A stretch of 64,000 nucleotides of DNA from Chara braunii (lineage: Eukaryota; Plantae; Charophyceae), in contig BFEA01000026.1 in the NCBI GenBank assembly GCA_003427395.1, positions 1,562,295-1,626,294 on the forward strand, written 5' to 3'. Position numbers and translations under genes: made by a program. The notes beneath the pieces were generated by a model. The model saw nothing but the letters and a program-made list of their open reading frames with translations. It did not search any database and was not told the DNA's origin. Shown here piece by piece: positions 12,646-24,439 of the stretch (position 1 is the stretch's first letter; each line of letters starts with the position of its first letter).

Positions 12646-15259
12646 TCGATCTGCACCGGCTGGCTGTCGATGAAGCTGCTTCGTCGAAGTGGGAAGAGCG
12701 GAGGATGATGTCGTGCCAAAGCGACCCAGAGGACGATGGCCAATCCCCGACTATGCACCCCTCGAAGGTGCAGACCCAGGATCTGTCTCCCGCTCAGCAG
12801 GAAGCGGGGCACTGGACGCTCTAAAGGGCTCCCATGACGACCCCCAGACTCCTCCTCCAAATCAACTCGAACGAAAAGGTCATCTCCGCCACTCCGTCTA
12901 CAGATGTCCTCAGGGTCACTCCACTCATCACGCTCATCCGCCGCAGGAGTGGCGCTAGCGAGGCCCGCCGGCTCGTCCTCGTACTCGTGACCCTCGGAAT
13001 CACTGTCGTCTCGAGGGTACGGGTGCAATGTGGCGGCTTGAGTCCCAAAAACATCGCCCACATCACCTGGAGGAGCTCTGGATCCACATGGGTCTCGCTG
13101 CCATGAACGTCTCTGATCCTCGACCTCCTCCCGCGTCCTGCTCTCGTCCGTCCCCTTCCACGAGGGGCGAATCCCGATACCTCTCTCCACGTCCAACAAC
13201 GACTCATCTAGAGTCCACGGCAGCGCGAACCCGCGGCCTGCCCGCTGATGAGAGAGAAGGCGGACGTTGGCTGAGATCTCAACCAACTTCGCGACCTTCT
13301 CGAACTCAAGCCGGTTACGCTTCTTCGTTTGTACACCCTCGTGGACGGCCCAATTCCTCTCCGCAGGAGAGGAGCACGTCCACATGTACATCACACGAAG
13401 AGCGATAACCTGCAACTGCGGGGCGCACTGCCCGTACCTCGACCACCAACACCCGGACTCATACGTCTCCGCATCGCCACTGCATCTCTGTGCATCTATA
13501 TCCCTATCTCTCCCCCCCCAATCAATCGCCCCCCTCCGTGTATAGAAGTCGCGCAACTGTGCACACGCGGTCTCATAGTCGCGGTTCGCCACAGTGAACC
13601 CTATCTGCGACAAGATGTAAGTCTCCGCCTCCCTCACCAAGCTCGCGTCGTAGTCGCTGACCACGCCCTCGAAGTACCGCAAGTCCCGCCGGCTGGGACA
13701 AAGAAGGTGAGCAGCGACGTGCGCCGGCTCCAGCATGTGAGCGCATCGAGCCTGCACCCTCTGCACAATGTAGTGTGCAAGATCTCCCGGGAGTGCACAA
13801 ACCTCCTCTGCTACCTGGCGGGCCAGATCCTGTGTCCACTCAACCACCCGCGACATGTGCAGCCCTCTACGGTCCAACCTGCGCAGCAGGTCGTACACAG
13901 GCTCCATGATTCGGAACAAGATGCCCATGGAATCCCACCAACTGCCATGTCGCACCTGCCACCTGACCCACCTAGCCAACTGACGAACGGAATGGTCCCA
14001 AGGGACCATACCCCAAGTATCACCATCCACCGTCCTCTCCAAAGCTGACCTCACTGCCAGCAAATGCTCCACCATCGCGAACACGGATGCGAAACGTGTC
14101 TCGCAAGGATAGATGAGGCCCATCTGACTGCTCTCCCCCCGGAAGATATGGAGAGCGGCGTCGTGCTCCTTAATGAAGCGCACCACCGCTCTCCCCCTCA
14201 CGATGATGTCCTTGGACCACAGGCCCGAACAGCCAATGTCTGACAACATCTTGTTGCAGACATGCACTGCGCATGGGAGCCACGTGATCCGTCGCTGCTC
14301 CGGCCTCTGCTGGGGCCCCTGGAGCATGTTCGCCGCGGCGATGTACGCCGAGGCAACGTACGCCGAGGCGGAGTCGGTGCAGATGGCGTTCACCCACTTG
14401 GGGGAGAAGTCATCGAACACCTTGTTCCAGCGCACCAACACATCAGGCGCCCGATCCCGCTCACCCTCCCTGTTCATCGTCCGGACGAGCATCACCCCAC
14501 ACGACCCGCCGGCAAGGAAGTTAACGATGGGTCTAGCATCGCGTGACTTCCTTCCGTCTGACATAATGGTGGCCCCCGTGACATAGAAAGGAGCCCTGAC
14601 CTCCGCGAGATCAGCTCCCACATCGTCCGCCGTGTGGACAATGGTCTCTTTGTCCGCGATCTCATTCTCTGAAGGCCACAACACCTTCACTGGCCCCGGC
14701 AAGTCCCTGAAGTGCCGGACGACGTCCAACCATGGCTCGCTCCGGAAGACGCTGAACGCCAGGCGCTGACTGTACACAAACCGCAACCACTTCTTCTTGA
14801 ACTCCATCTGCCACTTTGAAGTGAATGACTCCGTGATTGTCTTCTGTCTCATCCTCTTCTTTGTTGTGGCTGCTGCCGTCGGTCTGTCCCCCTCCTCTCT
14901 CTCCTTCCTCTTCCCCGCAGACGCACCCGCCTCAGCCGTATCCGCACCTGCCGGTGTACGAGCCGACACGTGCGCCGACGCAAAGTACTGGCCCTGATGC
15001 CCCCCCGGCTCGCTGACAATGCCCTTCCCTCGCTCCCTCCCTGACGACCCCGCCCGTGCAACCTCCTCGACGTCGTCGTCCACGTCGATCTACTCCCCCG
15101 CGTTGTCAGGCGCATCGGTCCGGCACCGCGCGGGGGCAGCGCGGGACCCTCCCGGCCGCGTCACGCAGGAGTTGGTTTTGAGAACCCTTCGTCGCAATAT
15201 ACATGGAGCTTCCACAAGCCGCTCCGGCTGGGTGCGCCAGCCATACCTCTCGTGAGCCC
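12630..15259 (-). pseudogene. hAT transposase exon 2 (DUF659 catalytic core plus dimerisation domain)
   Basis: TIMSDGRK, AICTDSAS, WLPCAVHVCN, CETRFAS, WWSRYG..P.LQ..A, SSPAERNW and KKRNRL motifs. Acceptor TGTCGTAG at 15260. One TAG at 15090-15092 and a probable frameshift near 12780. Confidence 0.9.
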
Positions 15260-16914
15260 CTACGACAGGATAGGGCCTACGCGAGGCACGACTTACGTAC
15301 ACCTTACGAGAGCTGTCACCTCCCTTCGGTGGGCGTATCCCCGCCGAGCTACCAGTCCACAGTACGAAAGCTAATCAGTTGCAATCGCAGAGGTGGACCA
15401 GCCGAGGGTGTTTCTCGTTCGCTGTAGCATAGGGGGTACGCGCGGTAATACGCCTCTATCGGACCCGCACGCGAACCGACATCTTGGGGGGGCTGAGGTC
15501 CCAAGAGCGATTCATCGTCGGTCGACTAGGACGCATCCCACACACCACGCGCACTCCACTTTACGAACACTCATACACACAAAACAACATATATAGGAAA
15601 CGACACAATACCAACAACGCGACAACGCTCCTAGCCCCTCGGTAGCCAACCCATAACTTTCCAGTGCGGAAATCGGATAGGCGTCGCGCGCTGAACTTAG
15701 TATAAAACCGCGCGGACGCAGGGCATACTCACATCGACTTGCAATGCAGGCGTACACAAGCAGTCGCAACGATGGCGTACTATCTAGTGCCCATAATCAA
15801 GCGGTCCCTCGTGGATCCGAGTACCGCTTATGACACTCAAGTGTCAGACTTGAAGTGTCGTGAGGGCCTACCCCTTCACGACATTGCACGGCTGAAGGAA
15901 TAGTCGTGCAACCGCCACTGCGCCTTAGGCTCTCGACCTGAGTGTCTCGATAGGCAATTCAAATAGGCTCTTCGCGAGAGAAAACCCCTCCCCTGCAGAG
16001 CCTAGGGCTTGGGATGTCCTGGACAAGGATCTCGAATTCCGGCCCAGGACCAAACGTCCGACTAAGAAAATCATAAAAAAGCAAGAGACAAGAATAAAAG
16101 GAGAGACCTCCCCTAAGTCCCTCAGTCTCAGCTTCTGAGTGGGCTTCAATGTGGGGGCTCTTCAACCCATGCAAACATTCATCCCAAGTATACCCATGTA
16201 TACATATATAAGAGTTTAATATGTGACGATCATTTTTCATGGTCTCACTGGGGTCTCTCACGATAATACGTATATGTGTGATCGCAGGCAACCAAATCCA
16301 GAATCTGATTCACAACACATACCTGCCATCACATCAACAAACCAAATCAACAGCCCACACACTACACGGAGTCAACCCCAACCACCTTCGACATTCATAC
16401 CCCTTGCTTTAGCCATGCAAGCCCCAAAACCTCCTGTCCAACCAATCTTAATTAAATACTCAGCACCTTTGTCAAATGGCCATTCAATAAAAGTCCGGGT
16501 GAAACCTTAATAAAACAACGAAATCACAAGAACGAAAGCCTCTTAGGTTGAGTATAGAGGGAGAGTTGAAATTGAGTCGTAGACCGACGAATCGACAACC
16601 GACCTGTTATCAGTGATAACAGTAAGTGATCCTCAAGGGATCAAGCTGGATCTATCCCTGAACTTTGATCAAATGATCAAAAGGACCTGTAACACACGGC
16701 AGACCAATCCCCAAGCTAAGATCATAAGTGTATGCAGAATACAACTCCATAATACATCCTTACTCAAAACCTCCTTATAAGTTAAACCTAAGTCTACTTT
16801 TAAGTCAGTGCTTAAGCCAAAGGTAGACCAACTGCAAAAATCTCCCCTATTCTGGGTGGATCGCCTAAATCTCCTATCAAAATATAATCTATCTTCTTTA
16901 AACTAAAAAAAAAT

Positions 16915-18190
16915 TGGCAGCGCTTCCCATAGGAAAAATGTCTTTTCATAATTTATATAAGCCCAGATATGGGAGCAGAAATAATCTCTAACTCCTGGAA
17001 AGTCAAATTCTATCTAACTCTTTGAATTAGTAGAAATTTGGGTAGCACTTCCTTTAGAAAGGGATACTTCCCAGATTTATACTAAGTCAGATATGAAAGC
17101 AGAAATTAATCTCTAACTCTGGAAAGTCAAATTTTGTCTAACTCTCTGAATTAGTAAAAATTTAGGCAGCACTTCCTTTAGAAAGGGAGACTTCCCAGAT
17201 TTATACTAGGTCAGATATAAAAGCAGAAATTAATCTCTAACTCTGGAAAGTCAAATTNNNNNNNNNNNNNNNNNNNNNNNNNNNNNNNNNNNNNNNNNNN
17301 NNNNNNNNNNNNNNNNNNNNNNNNNNNNNNNNNNNNNNNNNNNNNNNNNNNNNNNNNNNNNNNNNNNNNNNNNNNNNNNNNNNNNNNNNNNNNNNNNNNN
17401 NNNNNNNNNNNNNNNNNNNNNNNNNNNNNNNNNNNNNNNNNNNNNNNNNNNNNNNNNNNNNNNNNNNNNNNNNNNNNNNNNNNNNNNNNNNNNNNNNNNN
17501 NNNNNNNNNNNNNNNNNNNNNNNNNNNNNNNNNNNNNNNNNNNNNNNNNNNNNNNNNNNNNNNNNNNNNNNNNNNNNNNNNNNNNNNNNNNNNNNNNNNN
17601 NNNNNNNNNNNNNNNNNNNNNNNNNNNNNNNNNNNNNNNNNNNNNNNNNNNNNNNNNNNNNNNNNNNNNNNNNNNNNNNNNNNNNNNNNNNNNNNNNNNN
17701 NNNNNNNNNNNNNNNNNNNNNNNNNNNNNNNNNNNNNNNNNNNNNNNNNNNNNNNNNNNNNNNNNNNNNNNNNNNNNNNNNNNCCTTTAGAAAGGGAGAC
17801 TTCCCAGATTTATACTAAGTCAGATATGAACTCGAACAATAGCTCGAGCTCAACTGTAGACTCAATTTAACTAACTCCTTAATTTTGTAGAAATTTCGGC
17901 AGCACACCCTCTAGAAAAGTGTTATTCCAAAATTTATACAAGGCTAAGTTCAGAATTTTGAGAATAACTTTAACCTCTCAAAGTCCAATTTTGTCTAACT
18001 CCTTGAATTAGTAAAAATTTGGGCAGCACTCCCTCTAGAAAATGAGATTTTTCAGATTTATACTAATCCATATATGAAAAAGACAAGCTGAACTCTGGCA
18101 AGTCAAAAGTTGATTAACTTCTTGGATTTGTAGAAATTTCGGTAGCGCTTCCCGTAGGAAAAGTAGCTTGCCAAGATTTATACAAAGCCA
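16915..18190. repeat. ~124-bp AT-rich tandem satellite spanning a gap
   Basis: Units (AGCACTTCCTTTAGAAAGGGAGACTTCCCAGATTTATACT...) start at ~16918, 17043, 17167, 17900, 18024 and 18143. Confidence 0.85.
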
Positions 18191-18469
18191 AGAATAAGAA
18201 AAGATCTCAGAAAATGCAAGAATTGACCTAAGTAAAAAAAACGTTATTACAGAAAATGCAGGAATCAACACTTACTCCTATGGCTCTAGCACGTGGCGAG
18301 CAACTACAGCAACTACCCATAGTAATGAAACCCAAACAAAACTAGTCATCCCATCCAGTCACATGCAAATCAAACCACGAACGTAAGTACTATCACCCTC
18401 CCAAGTTCATTCCATATAAATAGTTCGTGAATCTTCAAGTTCTTGAATCCTTATACCCATCTTACATAA

Positions 18470-19166
18470 GACATAGAGATGGACCATTCGCCATGGAAAC
18501 AATGCCCAACTTGTCTTTATGATATACACGAACAGGTTGCACAACTACTTCTTTCTTCTTTTGGGCGGATGACTAGGTCATTCACCATGGAAACAATGCC
18601 TAGTCACCCTGAGCTGTTTAATATCTAAAGATTTTAATATTTATCTGATTTTGATAGAAAGAAGAGACAAATATGGGCAGGGGACTGAATGATTCACAGT
18701 AGAAACGATGTTCAGCTTGCCCCAAACTATTTCCATTTATACTCTGCATTTTCCCTTCTTTCTTCTTAATGATATGGCTTAACGCTGGACCATTCACAGT
18801 AGAAACAATGCCCAGCTGCCAGTTCACATGCAAATATACATAAAGTACTTTCCTTTATACTTAGTTTAATTTATGTGCGTGGTTTTCAGGCTAAGCCATT
18901 CACCATGGAAACAATGCTTAGCCTTAGACAAAAAATCCTCCCTCAGAATAAAACAAGAATTTAAACCCCTTTCAATCAGGCAAAACCCTCAGAGTTAACT
19001 AGAGTAGCCAGACCATTCACAGTAGAAACAACGCCTGGTTCCCTAGAAAACAATAAAATAAACATAGCAACCAGACCATTCACAGTAGAAACAATGTTTG
19101 GTCCTTCAGAAAACAGTCAAATAAACATAGCCCTGAGCNATTCACAGTAGAAACAATGCTCAGGCT
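18470..19166 (-). repeat. Array of 8 hairpins with a conserved 20-nt core and variable stems and spacers
   Basis: Core CATTCAC(AGTA/CATG)GAAACAATG at 18485, 18579, 18691, 18791, 18897, 19014, 19077 and 19139, each flanked by its own inverted repeat. Confidence 0.88.
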
Positions 19167-19359
19167 TTGGTTGACCCTGTCAATCACAAACAGTCTGCCT
19201 TCCTCCCACCTTCCCCCAATTTATCCCTTTGTCTGCTTTCAGTCGGAATAAAGAAGGAACTTGAACTTCACTCTCACACATTCCTTCCTTCTGATCTGAT
19301 TGGGTCCTGAAGAGAAAACAATAATCATAGGGATAAACTCACGCATACATCAGCCATAT

Positions 19360-20275
19360 TGTAGGGGGATAAACAAACATTGGTGGTAGTAGGTTGTACA
19401 AGTGGAAATGGTTTACCTGACGATTCCCTGCCTCCAGAACTCCTCTTGAGTTCCGGCAGAGCTCCCGCAATCGGTGGGTGGACTCCCCACAGAGTCTTGA
19501 CGCGGACCTACGGGTTGCAATCCCGCCTGCCGCCTTCCTCTCGTAACCAACAGACTAGACTTAGAGTTAGAAAGATAGAAGTAGAAAGATGCGAGACCCT
19601 CAGATCCCAGAATGATGCTCTCAGTCTCGCAAGAAAGGGCCTTGTAATCTTCAACTCCTGAGGGCCCCGCAATGGCAGCCAATGTGGCAGCTTGGTCGAT
19701 TCAACAGCCAATCGTCAAAATTCATTCTTTGCCGACCTCTTGAATCACAGCCCTAACCTCCTTCGCCACTATTCTACTGAGCGGCAGCCGCAACCACCTT
19801 TCCCTAAGTCCAGCTGCCGTCGTACAGCAGATCGCAACAGTCAGCCGCGGCCGCAGGGGTACTCAATGGTATGCATTAGTCAACAGGGGCAGCCGTTGTG
19901 CGCGATCCTTAGTCGCAGCAGCAACGCTCAGCAGTGATCAACAGCAAAAGGTGACCATGCCTGTTCAGTTCACAACAACAACCAGTGCGTAATAGCGGCT
20001 AACAACGATTAATAGTGCATGGCATGCAGCAGCAGACCGCGCGCCGTACACAGTAGCATATGCGCTAAGTGGTGCGTCCGGGCACGAACTGTTGCTGCTG
20101 CCAACAGCCGCTGTAGGCTGAGGGCAGGATACCACTGTACTAGCCGTATTACGNGAAAACTCANAAAAAANTACCCTATGGAGCACGTTGAGAACTCAGC
20201 ATGCCTAGCTGAGGCCCGGTGTTTGCACTATGAGACTGTGTTGGCCAGTCCGTACATGGTCGCAACCCAGTAACA
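19360..20275 (-). mobile_element. Putative 5' LTR (~915 bp) of a non-coding LTR element nested in the hAT intron
   Basis: Minus strand begins TGTTACTGGG and ends CCCCCTACA, followed after 3 nt by TGGCTGATG (PBS-like). Abuts a gap. No partner LTR is visible. Confidence 0.55.
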
Positions 20276-21657
20276 NNNNNNNNNNNNNNNNNNNNNNNNN
20301 NNNNNNNNNNNNNNNNNNNNNNNNNNNNNNNNNNNNNNNNNNNNNNNNNNNNNNNNNNNNNNNNNNNNNNNNNNNNNNNNNNNNNNNNNNNNNNNNNNNN
20401 NNNNNNNNNNNNNNNNNNNNNNNNNNNNNNNNNNNNNNNNNNNNNNNNNNNNNNNNNNNNNNNNNNNNNNNNNNNNNNNNNNNNNNNNNNNNNNNNNNNN
20501 NNNNNNNNNNNNNNNNNNNNNNNNNNNNNNNNNNNNNNNNNNNNNNNNNNNNNNNNNNNNNNNNNNNNNNNNNNNNNNNNNNNNNNNNNNNNNNNNNNNN
20601 NNNNNNNNNNNNNNNNNNNNNNNNNNNNNNNNNNNNNNNNNNNNNNNNNNNNNNNNNNNNNNNNNNNNNNNNNNNNNNNNNNNNNNNNNNNNNNNNNNNN
20701 NNNNNNNNNNNNNNNNNNNNNNNNNNNNNNNNNNNNNNNNNNNNNNNNNNNNNNNNNNNNNNNNNNNNNNNNNNNNNNNNNNNNNNNNNNNNNNNNNNNN
20801 NNNNNNNNNNNNNNNNNNNNNNNNNNNNNNNNNNNNNNNNNNNNNNNNNNNNNNNNNNNNNNNNNNNNNNNNNNNNNNNNNNNNNNNNNNNNNNNNNNNN
20901 CGCGCGGAGGTTTCCTTACTAACTCTTATCCTACTGACTGTCTTCTAAATCTAACCTTCCTATTCAACTCGCCCTACATAAAAACGCCTATATAGGCCCT
21001 TCCCCCGCCCAAATCCATGAAGTATCGCGTTCACCACTATTTCTTTTCTGCGCCCGAATCTTTCTTCCGCCATCCCATTTTCCCACATGCACCTGGTGCA
21101 ATACCCAGCCAGGTTCATTTCACTATTTTCCCTTCCTCCGTGCACCTATTCTCTTTATTAACCCACTATTCTACTAATCCCTTACTAGAACTAACTTCAC
21201 AGTCCACCTCGCCTACACCGATAACCCCCACCCATCACCTTTCCTTGCTTATTTCCGTTAGGAACGGCCGAGCTCGACTAACTCTCCTTCTCACTTTCGC
21301 CCCCTCCCCGCCATCGCTCTTCTACCCGTCTCAGTCTCGCAATAGACCCGGGCGCGGATCGCGTCTGGGTGCATTCACCTTTTCTCTTCGCTGTTCCTGC
21401 TTAGTTCATTGTTGCTCTCCCTTCAATCGGCCCCTGCCTTGGCCCCCGTCTAGGTTCAGCCTCTCTCTTCGTGGCCTCACCTTAGTGCCCCGTCGCTCCT
21501 CTGCCTTTGCCCGTGATACTCCATACTGTAGTGGCCAGCCCGACAACCGCAGCGCTCCGCTATCCGTCTCTCTACCTCGCCTTCCCTTGCCTAGCACTCG
21601 TCACCCCGGTCCCCAGATGCTGCGCAGTCCGACGAAAACTTGGGTGTCAGAAACAGG

Positions 21658-21762
21658 AAACGTTTGGCCGTCGGCCCTTTTCCTGATTTATGCACGTCAC
21701 CCTGGGCGCGAGCCATGCTACTTCTCTGTATCGCTCCAATTCTGACGGATGTCCCGAGGGTC
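21658..21762 (-). pseudogene. U6: Degenerate U6 snRNA copy B
   Basis: GACCCTCGGGACATCCGTCAGAATTGGAGCGATACAGAGAAGTAGCATGG...GCATAAATCAGGAAA; ACAGAGA box and AGC retained. Confidence 0.8.
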
Positions 21763-21917
21763 CTGCCCGGGGTAATGCCCTGCGGCGGCACCAAATGGCC
21801 GCTCGGCCTATTGCACGGGGAGGGTGGGCCAGACACCGTCCTCCTAGCCACTCCGCACGCACCCCGCTGGTCTGTACGTACCCGGCGCGGTCTGCGTCCG
21901 GGTTCGTTCCGGACCCT

Positions 21918-21992
21918 TGCGCACCATCCTTGTTCAGGGGCCATGCTAATCTCCTCGGTATCGTTCCAATTTTAACAGATGTCCTAAAGGAC
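21918..21992 (-). pseudogene. U6: Degenerate U6 snRNA copy A (3' end missing)
   Basis: GTCCTTTAGGACATCTGTTAAAATTGGAACGATACCGAGGAGATTAGCATGGCCCCTGAACAAGGATGGTGCGCA; ACAGAGA box altered to ACCGAGG. Confidence 0.85.
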
Positions 21993-22905
21993 TTTGGCCG
22001 GAACAGTGCCCCCACGGAAGTGCATGGGCCACTCGCCTTGTGGCTTGACCGTTCGTGGGTGCGCCCACTACGGCAGGCTCTCGGCCATATCCCGAAAGAA
22101 AACGGGACCCAAAAAAAAGAAAAATACAACTAAAAAAAATAATAATAAAAAGACAAAAATATTAAAAAAAACCGTTTTACTACAAGATCTAAAACGGGAA
22201 CTGGGAGCTACTGGCACCTCGCTAGTCCCTTAGGTCGGGCCCGTCACTACGCATGTCACCAAAACTGAGGGGGGGGATAGCCCCGTCGGGCCCTCAATCC
22301 ATCGGTTTTCTCCTCGATGCTCCGCTGCCACCGCGCCGACGTCTGCCGGCCTCGATCCCCGAACCTCCGTTGTAATAGTCCGATGCCATAACCTATAGCC
22401 CAAGCCTGAGACCAAAACACGCCGAGTGCCATATAAGACGGTGCGGCGCGGCGCTTTGGGCCAACAAAAACGGCTGCGCGGCTCTCAGTGCCCACGCCGG
22501 CTTGCTTATACCATGCCATATTTGCCCCGCGCGCCATCCTACGACATCCCGCTCACGACACGAAATCACGCCATTATTTCCGATGTCGTCGTCGGGGTCG
22601 TTCTCCGCACGCGCGCTTGACCTACTAATCAAAAAGAAAGTATCCTTAATCCCTGCTTAATAAATAATAATAATATCACCAACCGAAACGACCGAGGTCC
22701 GGGTTGGCTTTACGATAAAATAACAGAAAATAATCACGAGCGCCTTGAACCTGCGCGCCCACGCACTCGCTATTGCGGTCAACCACCCAGTCAAAGCAAT
22801 TACTGACGCAGCCGCGCTTAGCGCGGTATACTTAGACTCTAGACCAAAACTATTTTCTGTCACTTGCAAAAACCAGGGCGGATACCCTTGTAAGGGTATT
22901 CGCAC

Positions 22906-23290
22906 CGACAGCGTCCCTCATCTCTCCCTCCCCCCCCTCGTCCCGTCGCGGATCCATCGCAGGCGCCGCACCGTGAAGCTCCTCAAATCGCTGTATCCGC
23001 TCTAGGAACTTGTCGGACATCTTGTACTCACTGTTATAGTGGATGTGGACAAGTGCCTCGTCTGTCACTTCCGGACATCCCTTGCCCTGGCGGAAATGGC
23101 GCGCCGCCACGAACTGGTTGCCCTGGAACTCGTGGCCGCAGAAAATGCACTTCAACATGCGATTGCCGTGGAATCTCTCGCCGAGATTCTGTCCCACGCG
23201 GATGTACTTGTACACGCAGCACTTCTTCTGCGCCTTCCGATTCTCGTCCTCCCCCCCATCCTCAAACACCCGAGATTGCCTTCGCGGCAT
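22906..23290 (-). CDS. hAT transposase exon 1, BED zinc finger
   Basis: VYKYIRVG...LKCIFCGHEFQGNQFVAARHFRQGKGC (C-x2-C...H...C). Donor GTGCGA at 22905. Confidence 0.75.
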
Positions 23291-23421
23291 CGTGCCCGCT
23301 CGCCGACGGGTTCACCGAAGCGGTCTGCCCCCAGCCTGTCCCACGGAGCTCCAACTCCCGCCGGCGTCCCTCCCCGCACCAGGCCTCGTCGGGCGCACCC
23401 CTAGCTGCCTCTCTCGTGTCG

Positions 23422-23463
<42 letters not shown>

Positions 23464-23530
23464 CGGCCTCGAAACCCCGCACTGCGCCGCAAAAGCGACG
23501 CGGGCCGCGCACAGGTCCCTCCTCCAGCCC

Positions 23531-23620
23531 CCGTTCAAAAACTTTGAACGCGCGTTCAAAAAGTTGAACGCGTGTTCAAAGAATTGAACGCGCGTTCAAA
23601 AAACTGAACGCGGGTTCAAT
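23531..23620. repeat. hAT subterminal palindrome array (likely transposase-binding sites)
   Basis: Four copies of TTGAACGCG(C/T/G)GTTCAA at ~20-bp period. Related motifs at 9108-9190 and 24365-24420. Confidence 0.75.
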
Positions 23621-24439
23621 TTTTAGTCGCGCTGCGCGCCGAAAACATCCTCGTCGCCCGTCTGCTGCCGCGCTGTGTCGTCGACGTCGCTCTCTCNNNN
23701 NNNNNNNNNNNNNNNNNNNNNNNNNNNNNNNNNNNNNNNNNNNNNNNNNNNNNNNNNNNNNNNNNNNNNNNNNNNNNNNNNNNNNNNNNNNNNNNNNNNN
23801 NNNNNNNNNNNNNNNNNNNNNNNNNNNNNNNNNNNNNNNNNNNNNNNNNNNNNNNNNNNNNNNNNNNNNNNNNNNNNNNNNNNNNNNNNNNNNNNNNNNN
23901 NNNNNNNNNNNNNNNNNNNNNNNNNNNNNNNNNNNNNNNNNNNNNNNNNNNNNNNNNNNNNNNNNNNNNNNNNNNNNNNNNNNNNNNNNNNNNNNNNNNN
24001 NNNNNNNNNNNNNNNNNNNNNNNNNNNNNNNNNNNNNNNNNNNNNNNNNNNNNNNNNNNNNNNNNNNNNNNNNNNNNNNNNNNNNNNNNNNNNNNNNNNN
24101 NNNNNNNNNNNNNNNNNNNNNNNNNNNNNNNNNNNNNNNNNNNNNNNNNNNNNNNNNNNNNNNNNNNNNNNNNNNNNNNNNNNNNNNNNNNNNNNNNNNN
24201 NNNNNNNNNNNNNNNNNNNNNNNNNNNNNNNNNNNNNNNNNNNNNNNNNNNNNNNNNNNNNNNNNNNNNNNNNNNNNNNNNNNNNNNNNNNNNNNNNNNN
24301 NNNNNNNNNNNNNNNNNNNNNNGGCACCCCCCCAGCCCCGACAGACCCCTGCGCAAACGCGTCAACTGCGTTCAGGGGCGTTCAGTGAACGCGCGTTCAC
24401 AGCGTTCAAAAACTGAACACGAAACACGCGGTCACATAG

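Larger units (their letters stand above)
9096..24439 (-). mobile_element. hAT DNA transposon (DUF659-type), 15.3 kb including nested inserts
   Basis: 8-bp TSD TGGTGCAA at 9088-9095 and 24440-24447. Imperfect TIRs CTGTGTAACCG / CGGTCACATAG. Subterminal TTGAACGCGCGTTCAA palindromes at both ends. Encodes a transposase. Confidence 0.92.

Noticed and set aside
16008-16060. Third, highly decayed U6 copy (CAAGGAT...GGACCAAACGT)
   Set aside because: Too few matching positions and no ACAGAGA region.
16715-16733. U2 5' fragment (GCTAAGATC-AT-AAGTGTA)
   Set aside because: Short gapped match with no flanking U2 similarity; plausible by chance.
18485-19158. True CRISPR array (the minus-strand core contains TTTCTACTGT, as in Cas12a repeats)
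   Set aside because: Eukaryotic transposon context, no cas genes, irregular long spacers, and stems lie outside the conserved core. The match is only 10 nt.
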